A stretch of DNA of 55,519 bases, counting the filler, from Jimgerdemannia flammicorona (Eukaryota): the NCBI GenBank assembly GCA_003990765.1. It is 3 parts of 3 records of this genome, joined end to end, with 100 filler letters (N's around TTAATTAATTAA, not from the genome) between each part and the next. Parts side by side here need not be neighbours in the genome. Positions count along the whole stretch, not along the records: positions 1 to 18,452 come from RBNJ01002209.1; positions 18,553 to 36,987 come from RBNJ01002210.1; 1 more part is not named here. The stretch is one strand, 5' to 3'. Below the pieces are notes generated by a model. That model did no database searches. It worked only from the letters and a program-made list of their open reading frames with translations, and was not told the origin of the DNA. The first letter of the stretch is position 1, and every line of letters starts with the position of its first letter. Positions 12,591 through 26,659 of the stretch are shown here, piece by piece. A program made the position numbers and the translations under genes.

Positions 12591-14990
12591 AACTCAACTA
12601 TTTCAAACTCAATCTAATATTAATACTATTATTATATTTATTGACTGCCTAACCAAGATTATAATTACCAAATCAACTACTACCAATACTACTATACCTG
12701 AGATTGTAAGAATCTTCTTCAAGTCTATCTTCTATCACTATAGTCTACTATGAATAATTGTCAGCAATTATGACCCTAAGTTCACTAGTTACTTCTGATA
12801 AACTCTATTCAAGACTCTGGGAACCCAATTGGCTATATTCACTGCCTTTTATCTATAAACTAATAGACAAACTGAGTGTAGATCTCTCTATATCATTTAC
12901 TCCCCACAAAGTATTTCTCTTTCTATATTATTTTTCTTCACAAACTACCCTTCTTTTTATATTATTTATCTTTACAAAATATTCCTCTGCATCATTCAAC
13001 CTTACAAAGTATTCTTCCTTCTATATTGTTTACCTTCACAAGTAATTTAAGATCAGGTTCTTTATATCTATTAGGGGTTTTAGATGGAAGATGTGAAGGG
13101 GGGGTATGGGAGGGTGATGGGTAGGTGATGGAGAGTGTGGGGGTAGAGTTTGGGTTGGGGCATGGAGAGATAGTAGAAGGCATGGGAGTGGGAGTTAGAT
13201 TTGGGTATGGGAAGATAGTAGAAGACATAAAGATAAGATTTGAGTTGAAGTATAGAGAGGTGATGGATAGTATAGAGGAGAGGTTGGGTTCATGTTGGGG
13301 CATAGAGGAATAGTAGAAGACATAGGGGTAGTGATTGAGTTTGGGTGTAAAGAGGTAGTGGAAGGCATGAAGGTAAGGTTTAGGTGGTGGATGGTATAGA
13401 GAGAGGAGAGAGTGGGTTTGGGTTGGGGCATGGGGGAGTGGTAGAAGATATGGGAGTAGAGATCAGGTTCAGATGTGGGGAGATAGTGGAAGGCATGAAG
13501 GTAAGGTTTGGGTTGAGGCATAGAGAGGTGGTGGATGGTATTGTGGGTTTGGTTGGAGTATAGAGAGGTGGTAAAAGGGGGGTTGGGTTCAGATAATGGG
13601 AGGTATGAAGGTAAGATTTGGGTTAGAGCATAGGGAGGTAGTGGACAGTGTGGGAGGAGAGAGTGGATTTGGGTTGGGGTGTGGAAATGGGATTCAGGTC
13701 AGGGTATGGGGATGGAATTCAGGTTGAGACATGAAGAGGTGGTGGAAGGTGTGGGTGGGGTTCAGGTTGGAAATATAGGGAGGTGTGGAGTGGGGTTCAG
13801 TTTGGGTTGAGATATGGGGAGGTTGTAGAGAGCATAGGATGGAGTTTGGGTTCAGAAGGTCAGCAGAGATAAAAAGTACCAGAATGGGATAGGGTTGGTG
13901 AGTACTATAAAATACAGACAAACTGAGTATATGAATAGAACTTTAGAATAAATACTTAGAAACTACATTTCTTGTGAACATAATAATTAGAACTATTACT
14001 TAACTTATACAGAGTTTATATACAATAATGCTGTCCAATCATCTACTGGTCTTTTCTCCTTTTGGCTACTCTATAGCTAAGATTCTAATATCTCTATATA
14101 TAAGTCTATTATCTTTTAAGAAAAGTAGTCAAATATAAGTTTTTACTGCTAAGAACCTCATAGACAAAATAGATAAACTTCTCAAGATTACTACTATAAA
14201 TCTTCAGAAGGCTCAATAGTATTAAGCCAAATATAATGCTATAATATCATCTATACTATTAGAGATTAAGTTCTACTATCTACTGAGAACCTCAGAATAT
14301 AATCTTAAGTCAACTGTCTATCAAACAAATTCTAACTCAAGTATATTGAACTCTTTGAGATTATAGAACAAGTCTCTATATCCTCCTATTGTCTCAAGTT
14401 ACCTAAAACTATAAGAGTATATCCAGTCTTTCATGTATCATATCTTAAAATCTGAAATCAATTACCACCCTACTCTGGTTAAATTCTCAAGTCATCTATC
14501 CTTATAATTATCAAAGACCATATTGAGTATAAAGTTGAGAAAATTCTTAACAAGTGAATTTGCTACTATTGTCCTGAATATCTAATCAAATAGACTATTC
14601 TCAATATGATACTATCTAGAAACTACTGATCAATCTCAAAGACTCTCAAGACCTAGTTCAAGACTTCAAAGCAAAATATATTATCTAATACCTATAGTAA
14701 CTTTTTTAGATTATTAATAACCTATAGTAATAACCAGTGTCTTATGTATTGAAAGTTTACTTTGAGATCCCAGAATGAGCAGAATATCTAATGAATAAGA
14801 AGTCTACCAAAATGAAACTACTAGTTGAGTTCAAACTCCTCTCGGTCTGATAATAGGCTCTCTGCTCTATATGAAGATAGTCAGTTCTCACTAATATACT
14901 AATATAAGTTTGAGAAATTTTGGTTAAGTATAATTAGCTCTATATTACCTAAGAACTCAATAAGGATGTTAGTTCTTAAGAAGAGAGGAA
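12590..14990 (+). mobile_element. 3' half of a second Ty3/Gypsy element (chromovirus): integrase core + chromodomain + polypurine tract
   Basis: IIFIDCLTK, IVSNYDPKFTS, TNRQTE/[insert]/QTEYMNRTLE, YPVFHVS (~14420) and chromodomain EYKVEKIL...EYLIK (~14525-14590). PPT aagaagagaggaa at 14978-14990. Confidence 0.8.
12881..13915 (+). mobile_element. G-rich tandem-repeat insertion flanked by a target-site duplication (putative LINE-mobilised SINE-like element)
   Basis: Splits the integrase at QTE. agacaaactgagtRta occurs on both sides (12865-12880 and 13916-13931). The body is a degenerate ~40-bp G-rich repeat. Confidence 0.7.
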
Positions 14991-15190
14991 TATAATAATT
15001 TCACAGTTATATTTTAGTCTTAGTACTTTTTCACATCTTTTTATTAGGTTTTTCTTATCTTCTCTTACATATTCTACTATATTCTAGTACTTTTCAAATA
15101 CTTAGAAATCTTCTCTTAGTACTAAAACACCACTAGAACATTCTTGTCTTTTTTTTAGTATTAAGTATCTTATCTTAGCTAGTTATAGAA

Positions 15191-16415
15191 CCTTTTATTT
15201 TTATTTTTATTTTTATTTTTATTTTTATTTTTGTTTTATAGACTCAGAGTTCTGTAGATTTTATTGAAAGAAAACCTAGACTATATAGACCAAAACTCTC
15301 CTTTGCCACCTACTAGATATTACTCTCTTATTAATTTAGGCTACCAAATTGTCCTACAGTCTCACTATTTCCACTATATATATCAGATATGCCAACTCCC
15401 ACTATATAGACTAGACTTGTCTATTTATCAGAACTGGATCATCATAACTATATGTGAGAGCACATCTATACATTAGATCTAGCAATACTAGGACTAAATA
15501 AAGAATAACTCTCCAAACTCTAAACAAAGACCTGAGGTAAAGAAAAACCCCCAACTAGTCAACAGAAGATAGAATAGATTCAGAGCAGATAAGTAAAGAA
15601 CTTATATATAAGACCTCCTCAAAAGAATTAATATATAAACTAAGATTTGAAAAAGTCTCACTTCTACTCTCTGAGCCTATAGGTCTCAATTATATTGCTA
15701 TATTAGCTCCTGGTTCCAGTTAGATACTGTCAAATAAGAGAGGTCCCACTTCTCAAGCCTGTGGACCTCAATTATATTACTATATCAGCTCCTAGTTCTA
15801 GTTAGATATAGTTAGAATATTAGTTCCTACACTACTCTATTCTCTGTCAGCCAATTAAAAGGCCCTACTGAGATAATATCTATCTCAATCCCAATGACTG
15901 CTCTCAGCCTAGCACCCTACTAGTCTATCATTATTACCTTTCTGCCTATCTGTAATGGCCATCTCTTCTCTCATCTCAACTCCATCTGAAAAGCAGTCAC
16001 CTACACCAGAACTGTACTTGCCAAGAAGCTTACTAAAGCTCAGAGGGCCCTACTATAGGTACTGAGGACTTATAGATAATCTACACTAGTACTTAATATC
16101 TAAGGTCAGTTGATTTTATATACAGTCTGTAATATATCAGATAATATCTTATTGATAATAGCAAAAAGAAGAAAGTACTGCATCAAAACAAGTATACTCT
16201 AGATATAGTTGAAGATATCAAAAACTACAAAAAAAGAAAGAAGACACTGATCTGACACTAATAAAGGAGCAACTTATTATCATTATCTCCCTCTTATTAT
16301 ATCCTTACAGATACAGTAAACCAATCTGAGATAAAGAGATAATAATAAAGGAAAGGAGACTCAAAAGATTATCTACCAAACCTTATAACTAGTAAGATAG
16401 CAGAAAAAGGAGTTT
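15191..16415 (-). mobile_element. ~1.2-kb non-coding poly(A) retroposon (SINE-like), full-length hypermutated copy
   Basis: A-rich tail at 15193-15236 and AATAAA upstream of it. gttatagaa is duplicated at 15182-15190 and 16416-16424. Its 5' ~280 bp match the young copy at 36705-36987. Confidence 0.8.
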
Positions 16416-16434
16416 GTTATAGAATTCTATTAGT

Positions 16435-16802
16435 TTTTTTTTTATTTTTTTTTATTTTTATAATTACTCAGACTCTTTCTTTTATTAATATACCCATCTA
16501 TACATTATATAATACATTGTACCCACTCCTAACTAATCTCCCTAGGGCTCTCCTCTCTCCTCCCCCCACTCTCTCCTGATGAAAGACCACTTTATTATTC
16601 ACCATCTCTACCCACCCACTACTCTGTTCACATATCTCTTCTATCAGACAGTGATGTTACCCACCCTGGGGACCCCAACCAACCCACCATCCAGTCAGCA
16701 GATCTCCCATCAATCTCTCTCATCTTGACAACTTCTCTTGTATTTCCATCTATTGCTCCTTCTCAAAAACAAAGAGCCAATGTCCCACCAGCTCTATCTA
16801 TA
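16435..16802 (-). mobile_element. 5'-truncated LINE 3' fragment with poly(A) tail
   Basis: Perfect 16-bp TSD atagaattctattagt (16419-16434 and 16803-16818). AATAAA plus A tail. Purine-rich sense strand like the LINE copies. Confidence 0.8.
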
Positions 16803-17053
16803 ATAGAATTCTATTAGTCATCTTTGCTAAGAATCTATTTTTTAGTTTTTCTCTTCTTTTCTAAGATTCTTCCAGATCTTTCTTTCAGATTTTGTATAAA
16901 TATTCTTATTTTCTGCTTAAATAAAGCTTAGAATATTTTCTCTCAGAATTTCTTCAAGAATACTTAAACCTATAAGTATTTCTTAAGCTACTTTAGACTC
17001 ATCAGAACTATTAGTCTTAGCTACTTCCACTTAAAGAAACTAGAACTGTTATA

Positions 17054-17567
17054 GATAAATATATCTTTGAATAATATAGTAACTGATCTGACTAGTTTAC
17101 TTATCTTCTTAAAATATTTAGTTATAATATATCTTATCTGATAGTAAAAAAAATATACTTCTTACTTTTTTAGATATTTCTTCTCTCTTAAAATAAGTTT
17201 GATATTTTTTTTATTCATAAAGTCTAGATTTATTGAAACTAGTCTCACTATTTTAGACTAGTTTTTATGGTAGTTTTTGAAGTTATTATTTTTATAATAT
17301 TTTTATTCAATATAATAGCTATAGATAATGATATCAAATCAATTAGCAATTCTTATAGCTTCTTTAAGAAAGCTTGATTTTTCTAGCTCAATTTTGACTT
17401 ATGTATTTCTTTTAGACCTCAGATATAGTAGTTTATCTTCTCATCTTCTGTAATATTAGTTAGTTTTAAAAGAATTAGTAAGAATTATATATTATATATA
17501 ACTTTATATAGACTTGAGTTGTTTGATATTTACTAGTCTATCTTTAGCTAGTTTGATAGTATTAGCT
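17054..17567 (-). pseudogene. Extremely AT-shifted Ty3 gag fragment
   Basis: Its reverse complement aligns with gag at ~33640-34130 (e.g. acagaagatgagaagataaac vs actgaagacgagaaggtcaac). Confidence 0.7.
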
Positions 17568-18100
17568 AGTATTCTAAATGAGTTAATTCAATCTGAATTG
17601 AATTTAGATTAGATTTGAATTGAATTCTATTTAAATTAGCTTGGATAATTCAAATTGAACATTATTTTGATTTTCAAATTAGATAATTAAATATTTATAT
17701 TAATAACTCAATATATAATTATCTAATTTTAATAATTATAGTATTATTTTAAAATTCTTAATAAGGCCTTTCTAATGATACTAAGAATATTAAGGTAAAT
17801 ATCTAACTTACTGATTTTGAAAATTTCTTCAAAAGAATATTTTTCTTAATAGCTCAACAATATATAATCTAATTCTAATATTCTTGATATTATTAAAAAG
17901 ATCTTATTAAGGGCTTTTAAATGATACTATAATTATAATTATATATTAAGTTATTGATATAAATATTTAATTATCTAATTTGAAAATCAAAATAATATTT
18001 AATTTAAATTGATCTGGATCAGCTCATTTTTCATTTAAGCTGATCTAGATAAGTTTGAATCTAATTTGAATCTGATTTAGCTTAGTTCATTCAAAGTACT
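17568..18100. mobile_element. Foldback/MITE-like element with long inverted arms
   Basis: 17661-17790 is a near-perfect reverse complement of ~17878-17999. The termini agtattctaaatgagt / agttcattcaaagtact are inverted. A related partial copy lies at ~18860-19190. Confidence 0.7.
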
Positions 18101-18452
18101 AGATCTAATATACTATAGTAGTAATTATTTTTTCTAGATTAATCTATATATATCTCTATATCTATATCTTCTACTATAAAGAGATCTAAATAATCACTCG
18201 GACCAAACAGTTGGCTCTGCGTCTAAGCCACCAGAATGGTGAGCTTCTCAAGTTTTGGAGACCACAAATATAGGCTCCAAGGAGCGCCAACAGGTGTACC
18301 TCATCCCTTAGGTATAGGAGTCCCACCTGGTCTTTTCGGCGTAGCCATAGCTTCTAGTTTCAGCAAGTTACAAGGATTTCAAGAATTTCGGGGCAAGACG
18401 GGCAAAACGACACAGGCAAGATGGGCAAGACGGGCAACACGGGTAACACGGG

Positions 18453-18552
18453 NNNNNNNNNNNNNNNNNNNNNNNNNNNNNNNNNNNNNNNNNNNNTTAA
18501 TTAATTAANNNNNNNNNNNNNNNNNNNNNNNNNNNNNNNNNNNNNNNNNNNN
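18453..18552. other. Artificial scaffold gap linker
   Basis: N run, TTAATTAATTAA (stops in all six frames), N run. Confidence 0.97.
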
Positions 18553-18579
18553 AAAAAAAAAAAAAAAAGAGAGAAAAAA

Positions 18580-18800
18580 GTCCCCATCCACTTCACCTGT
18601 CTTTCTACCATACTGGTCTCAGTAGCTACTATAAAACTCTTAGAGAGGTCAAGGCCAGACCTCTTCCTCTCTAAGTACTTAGAGCTTGACAACTCTTAGC
18701 TTGCTATATTACCAAAACTTGATGAAATTTGACAAAACTTATTGTAACTTATAGCTAGACTTCTGCTACATCTAGTACACTAGTATTGGCAAAGTAAAAA
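18580..18800 (-). repeat. Decayed repeat homologous to 26295-26500 (+); possibly the 5' end of a second LINE family
   Basis: gatgtagcagaagtctagct...aagtacttagagaggaagaggtctgg aligns with aatatagcaaaagtctagct...aagtatttaaagagaaaaagatctag. Confidence 0.5.
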
Positions 18801-19577
18801 CTTGAAAATAGATTACTTTTTATAAAAAGATATCTATGTGGCTTAACTTATTCTGAGTGATTTAAGCAAAAGAAGTTTTCTTAAAGAGATCTTTCTGATG
18901 ATATCAAGAATGTTGAAATTAGATGATATATAGACAAGTTATTAATAGAAATATTTTTTAAAGAAATTTCCAAAATCAGCAAGTTGGATCATTTGTATCA
19001 TTTCTATAGCTATATAGTTAAATTGCTCAGCTATACTATCTGATTTTAATATTCTTGATATCATTAAAAAGATCATATTAAGGACATTCAAATAATACTA
19101 TAATCAATAAAATTAGATGATTTTTTATTAAGTTATTGATGTAAATATTTTATTATCTAATTTGGAAATCAAAACAATAATATTGACATATCAAATTTGT
19201 ATCACATAAGTTACTTAGTATAAATTTATAAATATAAAATAATTTTTATTTTTTTTAATATTTTTTTTATTAATAATATATTAGACTATTAAAAGTAAAA
19301 AAATATAAATAATAATATTTTATTATTCAATATAATTCTAATTTGAACTATATAAAATAATTATTATCTTATATTTTCAATTAAATCAGCATTAATAAAA
19401 ATAACTCAAACAATTAGTATTTTTCTATTAATATCAGAAATATGACAGTTGCATTCATTTATTGGTGTTGCATTTAGCGAAAGCACAAAAAAGAAACCAC
19501 AAAAAGACAAAAGAATGAAAGTGTATATAATGCACTAACAAGTTCAATTTACAAAGACAACACTCCTACAGCATTGA

Positions 19578-23731
<4,154 letters not shown>

Positions 23732-24101
23732 CGTTTGGTAAGTCTAGGTGATAGGTCCACGGATTAAAGGATGAGTCAACCGACAAGATAGAAAGCGTAA
23801 GGGCTACAGATGAGTGATGGAATGCCATACGAGTTTTGTGAGTGTGAAGGAGAGGGGGGGAGAGAGAGGTGAGTCACTCAGTGTCTGTGGCAAAGACCTT
23901 TTGTTTCGGAGTTCGGGAAAGACAAGACAAGGCACAGTCGAGTAGCCCAAATGCGTTATGTGTTTCACGGGTCCGCGTGACTGATGACGTCTTCAAATTT
24001 ACATTGTTGGTTACGTATATTAATCAATTCGGATAGCTACATTGTATAAATCATGATACGAAATGCCTAATACTATGTCGCATGATCGCAAAACGGCCCT
24101 G

Positions 24102-25615
24102 TTAGAACCATCTATTGTTTGGTAGAGGCAAGAGAAAAGGGGGGTATAACAACATCAATAACAAATTGACTGATAGTACATAAAACGAAAAGAACATTGC
24201 AAATAAAATACAAACGAGTTATCCTCCTGAATCACTGTGGTGTCGCCATATCCGTCAGTCTCTATGACTGAAATACAATACCCGATTTTGGTTGAGAAGT
24301 CATGGTGTGATATAATGTAGTTTACCTTCCCAAAATATTGAAATTATCTTACTCGTCGTTTCACCACCGAAACCCATGAAACCGGGATCATTCTCGATGA
24401 TAGTAGTGTCGCCATAGCGATCTGCAATATGTTGTTCCAAGAGCATCCTCATACTTAACAGTAGGTCTAAAAATAATACCAATTCAACAGTCAATTGCGT
24501 TGTGCATACCAGTTGTAATGATTTCAGTCTCTCTACCGAAACCCCAACCACGTTCCTCCTCGATTATCGTGGTTGTGTTGCCGTCGTAATCACCAACGTA
24601 TTCGGGTTCGATGACAGTGGTATGGCCACCATCATAAAACCTACCACCGCCGTGATTATGACCATGAGAGCCGTGACCAAACTGAGGCATAAGCAGATTA
24701 CATATATATCAGCCACATTTATGAAGAATCAACCAGACCCATCTGGCAGACTCAATATCAGAAAATAAACAAGTAAAAATCACGAATGCAGCAACCAACC
24801 CTTTCCTCGTCCTTTCTATGCTCAATAACTTCGCCAGCAATGAAACCTGCAAGGCCAGCAGCGGCAGCAGTCCCAGCAAGGGCCAACCCAGTATGTCCCG
24901 TTTTCTTGCCAGATTGTTGCTTTTGCGAAGGAGGCTGCGGAGCATATTGCAGTTGAGGTGGGGGTGCGTAGCCCTGAGGTGGGGGTGCGTAGCCCTGAGG
25001 TGGGGGTGCGTAGCCCTGAGGTGGGGGTGCGTAGCCCTGAGGTGGGGGCGCGTAGCCCTGAGGTGGGGGCGCGTAGCCCTGAGGTGGGGGTGCATAGCCC
25101 TGGGGTGGAGGATAATAACCACTTTGATGGGATTGTGAGGGAGCAGCGTAATAACCACGGGGGTCCTCCTTCAAATTGATGGGGATCATGTAGTGAATAA
25201 AAATTCTGCTTCCCAACAAAAAAAAAAACAATAGTAATAATGAAATCTTCTTACCCAAGTTGTAGTGCGAGTGTTATGGTCAATGACTGCGGGAATGTAA
25301 TTCGGCGTTAGATCTATCATTTTGCCGTAGGAGTTATTTTCGATCCAGGTACCAAGTCGTGACGCTTACAATAGTAGCGGCCATCCTGGGCTTGCTACAA
25401 GACGAAACGGGATGCGACGGACGGACATGAGCAAAATTCACAGTACAGCGTACAATATTTTGAGATGACAATCTCGAGGGGAATTCTCCCTTACTTTGGC
25501 TTCCCAACCTGGATGAGTTGAAAACATGCAAGAAATGAGACTGTCATGAAACGATAGCCATTTGGAAACGAAGAAATAAAACGAAGCACATACCCTGCGG
25601 CAAAGGAGCAGACAT
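24102..25615 (-). CDS. WW-domain, Pro/Gln/Tyr- and Gly/His-rich protein (Wwm1-like), multi-exon
   Basis: Spliced N-terminus MSAPLPQG/WEAK/QAQDGRYYF/IDHNTRTTTW/EDPR is a WW domain. It is followed by (PPPQGYA)n, GLALAGTAAAAGLAG, a His/Gly patch and DxYGDTTII repeats. Predicted end DNSWF*. Confidence 0.8.
24954..25108 (-). repeat. Coding 21-bp tandem repeat, about 7 units (PPPQGYA)
   Basis: Repeated tgaggtgggggYgcgtagccc on the + strand. Confidence 0.95.
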
Positions 25616-26659
25616 TCCAAATAGTTTGTGAGTGTGATGAGAGAAAAAGCAAGGTCAGTGTGTAGAGGGCATGATAGTAATTTTAAATAACTAGGTCACC
25701 AGTGATGATGACGCAACACCCTAGATTGTGAATTATACACCTGGTATTCTTAGTTTTAAAATTCTGGGCCAAATGTGATGAATCAGAGGTCCGCAAATTT
25801 GCTGATGAGGAAAAATTAGTCACTTCCATTTAGAAAATATGGAACCCCATTCTTTGTATAATAACTAAGTGTTATTTTATTTTATTTTATTTTTATTTAT
25901 TAATAAATAGTATAATTACTATATTAATAATATTATTTGATAATCTTATCTAATTAATTTACTAATTTTTATAATATAGACATAGATATATAATTAATAA
26001 TAATAATAACTGGAAGAACTCTATTCTATTTTCAAACTCTAGTCATATTATTTAAATAACTTTTAGTTTACTTAAGTATTTATAATAATACTTATTACTT
26101 CAAGATTATTCTTAGATATATTAGATAATAAGATATTACTTAGAGACTTAATATATAATATATTAAGAGGTCTTTCAATTGTTCTTTCTCTTAGTTACAA
26201 AGTTGAGAAAGTATAGTAAGAACTTCTTTTGTTTAAACTATTTAAAAGAGTTAAGCTATATATATCTTTTAATAAAAAGTAATATATTTAATAGTTTTTA
26301 CTTTATAACTGCTAATGTGTAAAATATAGCAAAAGTCTAGCTTTAGTTTGCAATAATCTTTATTAAAATCTGATAAATTTTAGTAAAATAATAAGCTAAA
26401 ACTCAATAGGCTTTAAGTATTTAAAGAGAAAAAGATCTAGTTTAGAGTTACTCAAGAGCTTTGTAATAATAGCTAGATCTAAAGGTACTAGAAGAAGTAA
26501 AGAAAGACAGAAGAGAGCTACTAAAGTAAAGAGATGATATACTATAGTAGAGAGCAGAAAAGCTACTACTAGATCTATAGTAATAGGATAAAAGAGATAT
26601 AATATTAATAGAAGAGAGAGTCAGATAACTAGTTAGATAACTAATAGAAATTAGAAGTA

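Larger units (their letters stand above)
14991..17053 (+). repeat. 3' LTR of the chromovirus, split by two retroposon insertions
   Basis: Follows the PPT. Segments 14991-15190 and 16803-17053 align with the LTR at ~32640-33057. The TG...CA termini have become TA...TA. Confidence 0.8.

Noticed and set aside
18497..18508. TTAATTAATTAA palindrome (also 37032-37043)
   Set aside because: Embedded in N runs; an artificial six-frame-stop linker. Adjacency across these gaps is unverified.
24954..25108. Regular repeats as a CRISPR array
   Set aside because: No spacers, eukaryotic context, and an in-frame coding repeat.
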